Below, piece by piece: positions 16,355-24,407 of a stretch of DNA of 64,000 nucleotides. A program made the translations under genes and the position numbers. Each line of letters opens with the position of its first letter. The stretch's first letter is position 1. This DNA is from a virus. Taxonomy: Duplodnaviria; Caudoviricetes. The notes below the pieces were generated by a model. The model did not search any database. It saw only the letters and a program-made list of their open reading frames with translations, and was not told the DNA's origin. Where the stretch lies: the IMG/VR virus record IMGVR_UViG_3300049988_000286, positions 160,001 to 224,000 of that record; one strand, written 5' to 3'.

Positions 16355-16396
16355 GTTGTTGAACCTCCACGAGTATTTATCGATAGAGGGGCGATT

Positions 16397-17083
16397 TTAC
16401 ACGCGAGGGAAGGCCTCTCCACTGCGATAATGTGGGTCGCCTTTGAGGTGATCGTTTATCAGCATAACGACGACGCGGCAGTTGGCTTTGCTCAACAACA
16501 GGGCCTGACAGGGCTCGTTGGGATGAATGACTGCGTTGCCGCGATCAACGAAACCCGCGTAACCGAGGCGACGCAGCATGGAGTTCCAGATGATGTGCTC
16601 CTCCCGACCGAGCAGCCTTTCCGCCCGCTTGGCGATGCGGTGAGTGAGGTTCCAGAATACCTCACCGGTAGTGTTGTAGTTGTGGTAGAGATCACCGGTC
16701 CAACCCTCGATCATCGATAGGGCGAATTGTTCGTTGTTGGCATCAACGAGCCGCCACAACTGGGTGCAGATACCGTCGTAGTCGTGCTCGAACTGGCTAT
16801 CGTCATACTCGCCGATATCGCAAATTTCTCCCCGTCCCTCGAACAAGCAGACGTATTTTCGATCGGAGGCGAATGGGATCGTGGATTCGCGCATCATCTC
16901 ATAGGCTTCCCGCAAGGGGTAGGCGTAGATACCGATCGGCGTTGAGGTATGCTGCGTCGATGGATTGATCCCCAGCTTCTCAATATCGACGAAGGATACG
17001 AACATGTTGGGTCGATTGAGGTATTGGGCGAGCACCGACATCGCGGTTTCGGAGCGACGCTCCATGAGGTCAAGGAGGATCAT
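16397..17083 (-). CDS. hypothetical protein, paralogue 2, possible ADP-ribosyltransferase-like fold, 228 aa
   Basis: FVSF..KLGINP..TPIGIYAYP...LRRLGYAGFVD..IHPNEPCQA. Confidence 0.75.
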   Translation of the reverse strand: MILLDLMERRSETAMSVLAQYLNRPNMFVSFVDIEKLGINPSTQHTSTPIGIYAYPLREAYEMMRESTIPFASDRKYVCLFEGRGEICDIGEYDDSQFEHDYDGICTQLWRLVDANNEQFALSMIEGWTGDLYHNYNTTGEVFWNLTHRIAKRAERLLGREEHIIWNSMLRRLGYAGFVDRGNAVIHPNEPCQALLLSKANCRVVVMLINDHLKGDPHYRSGEAFPRV

Positions 17084-18297
17084 CCCTCCACCCCGTGCGC
17101 GATCACGTCGGCGACTTGAGGGATTTTGGTGAATGCCTCGAAATTGTCGATGCGGGACGGGTTATGGAGCAAACCTTGTATATTTCCACGATCAAGGCCG
17201 CTCGCCAACAGTTCTCGCAATACATCGGAGTCGATCTTGCCTTTGGCGAAGGCGATGAGGTGTTCCTTCATCGAACGAAATTTCATCAATCGTCGGATAT
17301 GGTTCATCCTGTCGGGGAAGTCAGAATGACCAAGGATATAATCGATGATGTCAAATTCATGATTGCTGATGCAGAAGAAAACAACTTGGCTCTTTTGCTC
17401 ATCCGTGCATTTATCGAGGAAGCGGTACTTCATTGCTTGCTTCAAATTCGAATCGGCGTAGGAGTCGATGAAGCGGATCGTGTCATCGACGTTCGCAACA
17501 GTGAGGCGCTGGACGCGCGCCGCAGGGATGTTGTTGATCTCGCCGGTGGTGATCATCTTGACCATCGATGACTTCCACGTGTTCTGGACACGCTCGTGGC
17601 CGATCGATCGGTTGATGATCGTGATGGGCTTGATCACGCCGGGGTTGAAGATCACCGCCTGTGTGGGCTCATTCTCGTGGATGAAGCCATCGCCGCGGGC
17701 ATCGAAGGCGAGGTCGAAACCGATTTTGCGCAGGAGGGATGTCCACATACCGATCGAGGCCTTGCCCGGCTTGAGAGCGATCGAGAGAAGCCGGGTGGTA
17801 TTCCACAGCCATGCGACGGGCATCATCGCGTAAGCGGTGCGCCGTCCCTCTTCAGAAATCGTGTCGAGAGTCTCCACATCGATCAGGCGCAACTCCTCCA
17901 AGATGCGCATCTTCTCGCGCCACTCCGCCATGGTGAGGTCGCCGGTAAGTTCGCGCTTCAGCGGCGCAGTGACGCGGAAAACCCACGCATGGTCCCAAGG
18001 CGATTCGCCACTAAAGGGCACTTCGAGACCACCATTATAGTCACGCCCGTCGTCACCGAACTGCTCGGTATATTCGATGACATAATCAACCGGGTAGCAG
18101 TAAACACCTAGAGGTGTCTCGAAACCAGAGCGAGGATTGATACCAAGCTTGGCGGCTTTGTTCTTGCCAAACCCTTGTGTAAAACTGACGAAAACATCGT
18201 CCTCTCCGCGAAACTTTTCTAGCTGCTCAAGCGGAGTACCGGCGCGAGGATTACGCGCTGGATTAGACCGACGTTCAAAAAGGTCTTGGAGGAACAT
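17080..18297 (-). CDS. hypothetical protein, paralogue 1, possible ART-like fold plus helical C-terminus, 405 aa
   Basis: FVSF..KLGINP..TPLGVYCYP...LRKIGFDLAFD..IHENEPTQAVIFNP; start MFLQDLFER, 5 nt after TATAAATA. Confidence 0.75.
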   Translation of the reverse strand: MFLQDLFERRSNPARNPRAGTPLEQLEKFRGEDDVFVSFTQGFGKNKAAKLGINPRSGFETPLGVYCYPVDYVIEYTEQFGDDGRDYNGGLEVPFSGESPWDHAWVFRVTAPLKRELTGDLTMAEWREKMRILEELRLIDVETLDTISEEGRRTAYAMMPVAWLWNTTRLLSIALKPGKASIGMWTSLLRKIGFDLAFDARGDGFIHENEPTQAVIFNPGVIKPITIINRSIGHERVQNTWKSSMVKMITTGEINNIPAARVQRLTVANVDDTIRFIDSYADSNLKQAMKYRFLDKCTDEQKSQVVFFCISNHEFDIIDYILGHSDFPDRMNHIRRLMKFRSMKEHLIAFAKGKIDSDVLRELLASGLDRGNIQGLLHNPSRIDNFEAFTKIPQVADVIAHGVEG

Positions 18298-18302
18298 GCG
18301 GG

Positions 18303-18310
18303 TATTTATA
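18303..18310 (-). promoter_or_regulatory. late promoter, full T4 consensus TATAAATA
   Basis: exact consensus. Confidence 0.75.
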
Positions 18311-18319
18311 CCCACAAGG

Positions 18320-18712
18320 TCAGACGCTTGGGCGCATCCGCATCGAGGGGACGGCGCACACCTTCTTCGCATCGAGGAGCGCCACCAATGCGTGATCACG
18401 GCTCGGCTGGGTCGCCACTGCGGCATCAAAGTCGTCGCGGCGAACGATAAAGGCCCCGGCGTCCTTCATACCAATGAGGTAGAAGGCATCACCGTAGTGC
18501 CATGACACCGAGCACGCACCAACAAGGAGATCAGCGGCAGCGGCAGGGAGGGACGCGGTAACAATGCGGAGTTCGGGCTCGCCTCGCGGTAGCGACACCG
18601 TGATGGGGATGATCTGGAGCGGAATGTCGGTCGGCGAGGGCTTGGGCGGCAACGGAGCCGCCGTGGTGAGAAGGCTGCTGATTAGACCAATGAGAACCGA
18701 CGTTTTGAACAC
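18320..18712 (-). CDS. exported/periplasmic hypothetical protein, 130 aa
   Basis: N-terminal signal-like MFKTSVLIGLISSLLTTA, then a Pro-rich linker. Confidence 0.6.
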   Translation of the reverse strand: MFKTSVLIGLISSLLTTAAPLPPKPSPTDIPLQIIPITVSLPRGEPELRIVTASLPAAAADLLVGACSVSWHYGDAFYLIGMKDAGAFIVRRDDFDAAVATQPSRDHALVALLDAKKVCAVPSMRMRPSV

Positions 18713-18772
18713 TCCCTAGACTCCTCGATACATTTTACTAATCATGCATCAAGGAGCCCCGTGGAGCAATAA

Positions 18773-19243
18773 TCAATTTGTCGGCACGAAACCATCGAAT
18801 AGATATACCACCGGTTGGTAGTTGGTCGAATACCGCTCGACGATCGATGAGAGGACCGCCCACGATCCTCCGGCGAGCGCGGAGCCCATAGTGGGCATGA
18901 AGAGTTTGTCGATGCCCAAATCTCGCGCTAGCACATCGATGGCTTCCAGCCCTTCAGCGATGGCATCGTAGGAGACATAGCGTCTGCCATCGTAGCCGTA
19001 GAAGCGCTGGCCGATCAGGTTGAAGATGGTGCGGCCATCATCGGCCCGGTAGGGGATGATCTGGCCGGGCTTGAGACCCTCTAGGTGATGCACCTCTGTA
19101 TAGACCTCGTAGGCACCGGGGTAACGCTCTCGTAGTTCTTTGGCGAAACCGCTCCCCATGCGACCCTGTGCATTGCAGCAATGGACGAGAAAACGCACAT
19201 CTTCGCCTTCGAACAGATTGCCGGTTCGATACTCGATTTTCAA
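18773..19243 (-). CDS. macrodomain ADP-ribose-binding/hydrolase protein
   Basis: GNLFE, VHCCNAQGRMGSGFA, MPTMGSALAGGSW. Confidence 0.9.
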   Translation of the reverse strand: MKIEYRTGNLFEGEDVRFLVHCCNAQGRMGSGFAKELRERYPGAYEVYTEVHHLEGLKPGQIIPYRADDGRTIFNLIGQRFYGYDGRRYVSYDAIAEGLEAIDVLARDLGIDKLFMPTMGSALAGGSWAVLSSIVERYSTNYQPVVYLFDGFVPTN

Positions 19244-19596
19244 AACAAATCCTCCGGTTGATGATCAGATGCTTCCGCGTCCCAATCGACGTAGCTGGTC
19301 ACTACCGGAGCATCGAGAGCCTCAATCGCAAAGTGGTAGAAATCCCCGCCCGTCCAAAGCTGCACAATGGTGAAGCCTCGTTCGCGCAAGGCTTCGTCCG
19401 CGCCTTGGAACACCGCCAGCGTGCCATAGTCGCTACCATGCGCTAGCTTAAGCCGGGACACAAGACCGTTGATACGAAGATCGATGCCCCGAGCATCAAC
19501 CAGTTGCTGCAAACCCTCGATGGCTTCACAAACTCCCTTCCAGTCACAGCCAGCGGAGGCTTCTGGAACATGGGCATCCCTTTCGATGAAGATCAT
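19240..19596 (-). CDS. hypothetical protein, 118 aa
   Basis: start MIFIERD chosen from the ATGA overlap chain. Confidence 0.6.
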   Translation of the reverse strand: MIFIERDAHVPEASAGCDWKGVCEAIEGLQQLVDARGIDLRINGLVSRLKLAHGSDYGTLAVFQGADEALRERGFTIVQLWTGGDFYHFAIEALDAPVVTSYVDWDAEASDHQPEDLF

Positions 19597-19658
19597 CGCA
19601 TCAACAGCAGCACGGTTGGTAAGAACCCAACCATGAACAGGAACAGGCTCGCGCGCAT
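19593..19658 (-). CDS. 21-aa hydrophobic microprotein MRASLFLFMVGFLPTVLLLMR (not in ORF track)
   Basis: TGATG overlap upstream, ATGA overlap downstream. Confidence 0.5.
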   Translation of the reverse strand: MRASLFLFMVGFLPTVLLLMR

Positions 19659-19873
19659 CAGATATCCGCCCCCTGTGCATCACTGACGAGATGACCGGCG
19701 CGCAGCCGAAACGAGAAAGCATCACTGAACTTCGTCATGTAGATGGCATCACGGCGCAGCACGACCCTTCCGTCAGCCTCGCCCGCCGTTTCGGCCACCA
19801 TTGAACGGACCTCCTCTGGGGAAAACTCGTCCATGTTGTTCAGATAATCGATAGCAAATTTCCAAGCCTTCAC
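19658..19873 (-). CDS. small hypothetical protein, 71 aa, same small-protein family
   Basis: GAGGA SD + GTG; MTKFSDAFSFRL. Confidence 0.6.
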   Translation of the reverse strand: MKAWKFAIDYLNNMDEFSPEEVRSMVAETAGEADGRVVLRRDAIYMTKFSDAFSFRLRAGHLVSDAQGADI

Positions 19874-19886
19874 GTCTCGTTCCTCT

Positions 19887-21944
19887 TTATACTTCTTCGC
19901 TGATACTCGTAAAACCGTTCTCTTTCGAGACCCGAAGAATTCGATCAATGCGACCGACCAATTCATCTCGGTGGCTAACGAGAAACACGTTCCTACCAGC
20001 CCGGCCCATCGCCTTCAATATTTGCAGACCCGATTCCGCACCAGCACCATCAAGGCCAGAATCGAGAAGTTCGTCGATCCAGATCAGGTTGACACTGTGG
20101 TTCAACGACTCCCAGACATCACGGAACGCCCACGACGTGGCCATGATAAGCCGATTGCCCTCGCCACGAGAAAGCTGTGCGAAGTCCATGCTACGACCGA
20201 GAAGCACAATATCGACATCGAGGTCCGACTTGAACCGAATCTCGTGCGGGAGACCCAGTTTATTCAGATAGCCGTTGAGGCGCTGATTGAGATGAACGAG
20301 GTTCTGCTCGACGATCTTGCGGCGGATGAAGCTGTCTTTATTCGTGAGCATCTTGAGCACATACTCCTGATGGAGCAATGTATCGGTGAGTTCATTCATC
20401 GCAGTGAGATCAATCTCCTGCAAGGTCTGCTGCAATCCCGCGATTTGTCCCTCGAACGGATTCTCGGCAGCGGCCTCTCGTGCCAGATCGGTAGCGAGGA
20501 TGTCACGGGCGTGCTTCACCGTGTAGATTTCATCGCGAGACTCGAACAAGGGCTGGGGCTGCTCGCCCAATGTGTTCAACTCGTCAGCGAGAGCGGTGAG
20601 ATGCCCAGCCTTCTCTACCAAAGCTGTATCGAGCGCCGTCAACGATTGTGTGATCTCCTCTACCACCACGGCGGCATCAAGAGCAGCCTGTTCGCTCTCT
20701 TCGATCCGAACGGCAATCTCCGAGCGCGCTTCCTCGATCTCTTCCATCATGCGGGCATGATCGGCCTCCTTGCTGACCACGGCCTTGTCGCGGGCCGCGA
20801 GGTCACGCTCCAACCGTGCAATCACGGCGGCGAGGTGATCAGTGCCCGCAAGGGCTTGGCCGCATGTCGCGCATTCTTGCTCGCCGGGATTGGCGAGAAG
20901 ACCCATGACACGATCGCGCTCCGCCGTGGCGGTAACGATATCGGCCTGTAGCGCATCACTGTTCGCCAAGGCGCGCACGAGGTCACGCTCCAGCCGATCA
21001 ACGGCTGCCCTACCGGCCGTTCCTTGGATGATGGTTTGAGCAGCGGCGAGGCGACCGTTGAGCGATGTCCGGTCTCGTTGTAGCTGGGTGACATCGCGCT
21101 CGACGAACTGCTTGTCGCTGACGAGGACGCGGTGTCGCTTTCGCCAAGCATCGAGGGCATCGAACGCCGCAATCTCCGCGTCGAAGTCGATCGCCTCTGT
21201 GGCGGCAATCTGTTCCGCGAGGTCGATCATGGTGGCGTCATGGGTGTTCTGCCAACGATCGCGCTCCATCTCGGCGCTCTTCACCGCGAGGTTGATACGC
21301 CGGTTAGCCGCTTCGGTGGCTTTGTTCGAGGCGTCCTCGATCTTGATGCTGTCCTTGGTGAAGCCGATCATGCCCTTCAGCGTTTCCGCCCGCGCGCTGA
21401 TCTGGGTGACGCCAAGTAGCTCCTCGATGATCTCGCGCTGCTTCGCCGCCCCCTCTTTGAGGAAGGGCTCCGTATAGGTATTGAGGGCACAGATGTGCTT
21501 GAACATCGTGTGCGACATTCCAATCAATTCGGAGATGTCGATCTGCGTCTGGGCGTTCTCACCCTTCGCGTTGTTGTCGTCCTGCTCCTCTGGGAGCAAC
21601 TCCTGACCATTCTTGTAGAACTTGAGGACGTTGGGGCGACGACCACGCTCGACCCGGTAAGCCACCCCATCCTTCTCGAAGTCAACGACGACAAACATGC
21701 CCTTGCCATTGATGTTGTTGATCAGATTGTCGATCTTGATCTTGGTCAGCGGCTGTCCGTATAAACCAAAGGAGAGGGCTTGGAGGAGGGCTGTCTTTCC
21801 CGCGCCATTGCGGGTCACGCCGCCATTGGCGTCGTTGTTGCTACCAAGGATCAAGGATAGGCCATGATCGGAAAGTCTTACCGCCTGTGTAGCGTTACCG
21901 ATCGAGAGGAAGTTCTTCAATGATACTGAATTGATTTTGAACAT
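19887..21944 (-). CDS. recombination endonuclease subunit, Rad50/SbcC-like (T4 gp46-like)
   Basis: Walker A NGAGKT, coiled coil with CATC hook, signature LSRGE, Walker B IWIDELLDSGLD, VSH. Confidence 0.95.
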   Translation of the reverse strand: MFKINSVSLKNFLSIGNATQAVRLSDHGLSLILGSNNDANGGVTRNGAGKTALLQALSFGLYGQPLTKIKIDNLINNINGKGMFVVVDFEKDGVAYRVERGRRPNVLKFYKNGQELLPEEQDDNNAKGENAQTQIDISELIGMSHTMFKHICALNTYTEPFLKEGAAKQREIIEELLGVTQISARAETLKGMIGFTKDSIKIEDASNKATEAANRRINLAVKSAEMERDRWQNTHDATMIDLAEQIAATEAIDFDAEIAAFDALDAWRKRHRVLVSDKQFVERDVTQLQRDRTSLNGRLAAAQTIIQGTAGRAAVDRLERDLVRALANSDALQADIVTATAERDRVMGLLANPGEQECATCGQALAGTDHLAAVIARLERDLAARDKAVVSKEADHARMMEEIEEARSEIAVRIEESEQAALDAAVVVEEITQSLTALDTALVEKAGHLTALADELNTLGEQPQPLFESRDEIYTVKHARDILATDLAREAAAENPFEGQIAGLQQTLQEIDLTAMNELTDTLLHQEYVLKMLTNKDSFIRRKIVEQNLVHLNQRLNGYLNKLGLPHEIRFKSDLDVDIVLLGRSMDFAQLSRGEGNRLIMATSWAFRDVWESLNHSVNLIWIDELLDSGLDGAGAESGLQILKAMGRAGRNVFLVSHRDELVGRIDRILRVSKENGFTSISEEV

Positions 21945-21956
21945 ATGGGATTTTAC

Positions 21957-22340
21957 TCAATTGATCACTGGGTTGCAATTTGCAAACCAAGGGAAACGAT
22001 CTTGCGATGATAGGGTGAGGAGCGTTAGATCGTGATCGATCAACTCCTCTGTGTTGATCCACTGCGACAGCGAGCCACCGTTTGTCTCCGCACGGACGAC
22101 TACCGCCTCATAGGCGATGTCACCCATTGGTTCGAGCATCGTGGCATGAAAGTGAATCATCTGGTTGAGACGCTTGGTCTCAAACCAGAAAATGAACGTT
22201 CCATTGTCGCAAGATATGCTGGCACAATTAGCCATCCGGAGTTGGTATTCGGCAACGAGGAAACTGTCCTCCGAGACCGTGAGCGCATGATGCCTCGCGA
22301 TCACATCAAGGCATCGTGAACAGAACTCCTCTGCGGTCAT
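21957..22340 (-). CDS. hypothetical protein, 127 aa
   Basis: coupled to gp47 by an ATGA overlap. Confidence 0.65.
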   Translation of the reverse strand: MTAEEFCSRCLDVIARHHALTVSEDSFLVAEYQLRMANCASISCDNGTFIFWFETKRLNQMIHFHATMLEPMGDIAYEAVVVRAETNGGSLSQWINTEELIDHDLTLLTLSSQDRFPWFANCNPVIN

Positions 22341-23374
22341 GATCCGAGACTGTTGTAGATTTCCACCAATTTGGCGGGTCGATAGGTTGAACCAAGCACC
22401 GACTGAAGACCCTCGACGACAATCTGGTCCACTGATTGGAAGGTTACCTCGCCATCGAACTCCTGATCCATCGACCCCTTATTGGGGTGGACGAGTTCGA
22501 TCTTCCGCATCCCGTAGCGGTTGATGTATTCCTCGCGGACAACCTGTGCCTCCTCAAAGGTGACCTCAATGTCGAGCGTCACCCTTGCGGTCAGCTTGGG
22601 GCAGAGCATTCGATCCGGCTCTTGCAGAAGCTGGGAGAGGGTCATCGTGCGGAATTGCGGCGCATCCGGCCATGCCTCGAATACAGGCTCGCCGCCCCAT
22701 TCAAGGAACATCATGCCGCGATCGGAGTCCCACGCGTCGGCGAAATCGAAGGGGAAGGGATTACCGATGTAGATGACGTTCTGCTTGGCCTGACGAAAAT
22801 GGAAGTGGCCCGAGAACGCGTATTCGCAGTTGGCGAAATCATCCACCGTGACACCACCCTCGTGATCCGGCATCGGCACCTTGGCGTTCATCAGGAAGCC
22901 ACCGTTGAGTTCACCGTGCATGAAGACATAGCGGGACTTGATACTCTTGAGCGTCTTCTTCTCATCTTTGACCAGCCATGGCAGGAAGGTCATCGACTCG
23001 CGACCGGTGCCGAAGGTGGTGGGTTCGGAGATCAGCGTCAGGTTGGTGAGGTGCTTCGAGAAAGCCATCGACGACATGTCGCGTTTGTCCCGATACAGGA
23101 GGTCGTGGTTGCCGACGATGAAGTAGATGTCCGTGAAGGCATCGTTGAGCATCTCCAAACCCTGCAAACCATAGTTGAGGGTTGAGACGGCAACCTGATG
23201 GCGATTGTCAAAATAATCACCGAGGAAGGCGATGGCGTCACAATTCTCGGCCTTGGCGCGTTCGATGAACCACGCGATGAACTCAAGGTTGTCGAGATTT
23301 GCTTGCTCGTTGTTGGATCGCCTACCGAAATGGATATCTGTGAAACAGGCTAGTTTCTTGAATGGAGTGGTCAT
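22337..23374 (-). CDS. recombination nuclease subunit, Mre11/SbcD-like (T4 gp47-like)
   Basis: FTDIHFG, LGDYFD, VGNHD, HGE, SGHFH. Confidence 0.95.
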   Translation of the reverse strand: MTTPFKKLACFTDIHFGRRSNNEQANLDNLEFIAWFIERAKAENCDAIAFLGDYFDNRHQVAVSTLNYGLQGLEMLNDAFTDIYFIVGNHDLLYRDKRDMSSMAFSKHLTNLTLISEPTTFGTGRESMTFLPWLVKDEKKTLKSIKSRYVFMHGELNGGFLMNAKVPMPDHEGGVTVDDFANCEYAFSGHFHFRQAKQNVIYIGNPFPFDFADAWDSDRGMMFLEWGGEPVFEAWPDAPQFRTMTLSQLLQEPDRMLCPKLTARVTLDIEVTFEEAQVVREEYINRYGMRKIELVHPNKGSMDQEFDGEVTFQSVDQIVVEGLQSVLGSTYRPAKLVEIYNSLGS

Positions 23375-23413
23375 CGGTTGAAATTACATCACCGACAACC
23401 CCGCCGCTATATT

Positions 23414-24286
23414 TCAATGATCGTGCTTTTTATCAGCCTCTGCCTTTGCCATCGCGGCGATCTGCGCGGCTGATTTGCGCCCGCGCTTCGCCGGTAGAGG
23501 CTTGGGTTCCACGACGCCGCTCTGTGCGAGTTCGTTCTCGATCTGGCGCGTGTGGCTCGGTGACATTCCCATATGGATCAGGAGGTCATCCCGGATATTC
23601 TGTGCCTTCTTCTCCAAGTTGATGACGCGCACGAAGCAGTGGGTCAGCGTTGTGGTAAAGAATGCGAAGGGGTTGTTAGACTTCGACTCGTCAAACTGTA
23701 GGCCCACCTGTGCGAGATGGGTCAGCGCCAGTCCCTTCATATCATCGCGGTAGCTGTAGTTACGGAAGTTGCTCTTGCCGCTATACTTATCGACCAGCAT
23801 GACGAACATCAGCCCAAGCCGTTCCGACATTCGTCCCTTCTCGATCGTGAACTCACCGGTCTCGAAATCACCACGCCAATGCGATCGGCCGACTTCGGTC
23901 CACACCTGTTCACCGTCCTCATCGAAGGACAGTAGATAGTGCTTGAAGGGAGGAAAGTTAGTGCGGGCGTGGCTCTGATTAGTGGCACGAGACTTGCGCT
24001 TACGATCGGGGTCAAGGGGGACGTGATCATAGGTCATTACCCGGAATACCAGTCCATCAGCAGTATGGGGCTCCTGATCGTCTTCCAGCTTCGAATTTAG
24101 CTTGGACAGAAGCTCAAGGAGGTAAATGTCGGTCACCGAAGCGAGGCTACTCACAATGGCGTCGTATTCCGAATATTCCGGATCGATAAAGGTGCAAAAG
24201 GTCTTTTTGCAACGAGCGATCTCGGCCAGCAATTCTTTATTGGACAGATACTTAATGGCGCGGGGGCGAGTTACGGTTTTGGTCAT
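23414..24286 (-). CDS. late-transcription sigma factor (T4 gp55-like)
   Basis: YLSNKELLAEI, NFRNYSYRDDM, QFDESKSNNPFAFFT, INLEKKAQNIRD. Confidence 0.85.
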   Translation of the reverse strand: MTKTVTRPRAIKYLSNKELLAEIARCKKTFCTFIDPEYSEYDAIVSSLASVTDIYLLELLSKLNSKLEDDQEPHTADGLVFRVMTYDHVPLDPDRKRKSRATNQSHARTNFPPFKHYLLSFDEDGEQVWTEVGRSHWRGDFETGEFTIEKGRMSERLGLMFVMLVDKYSGKSNFRNYSYRDDMKGLALTHLAQVGLQFDESKSNNPFAFFTTTLTHCFVRVINLEKKAQNIRDDLLIHMGMSPSHTRQIENELAQSGVVEPKPLPAKRGRKSAAQIAAMAKAEADKKHDH

Positions 24287-24326
24287 CTAATCCTTTGCTA
24301 CACAAGGACGATGGCCTTGATTCCTC

Positions 24327-24356
24327 AATATAGCGTAGACCGAACTGTTGTTGCAA
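24327..24356 (-). promoter_or_regulatory. sigma70-type promoter TTGCAA-N18-TATATT for the gp55-like gene
   Basis: consensus-like spacing upstream of the AAAGGA SD. Confidence 0.5.
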
Positions 24357-24386
24357 TAAATACTACTATAATAGTCCCGCTAAATA
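24357..24386 (+). promoter_or_regulatory. tandem late promoters (TAAATA 24357-24362 and 24381-24386) opening the baseplate operon
   Basis: seen directly. Confidence 0.65.
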
Positions 24387-24407
24387 TTTGGCAATGAGGG
24401 AAAGATC

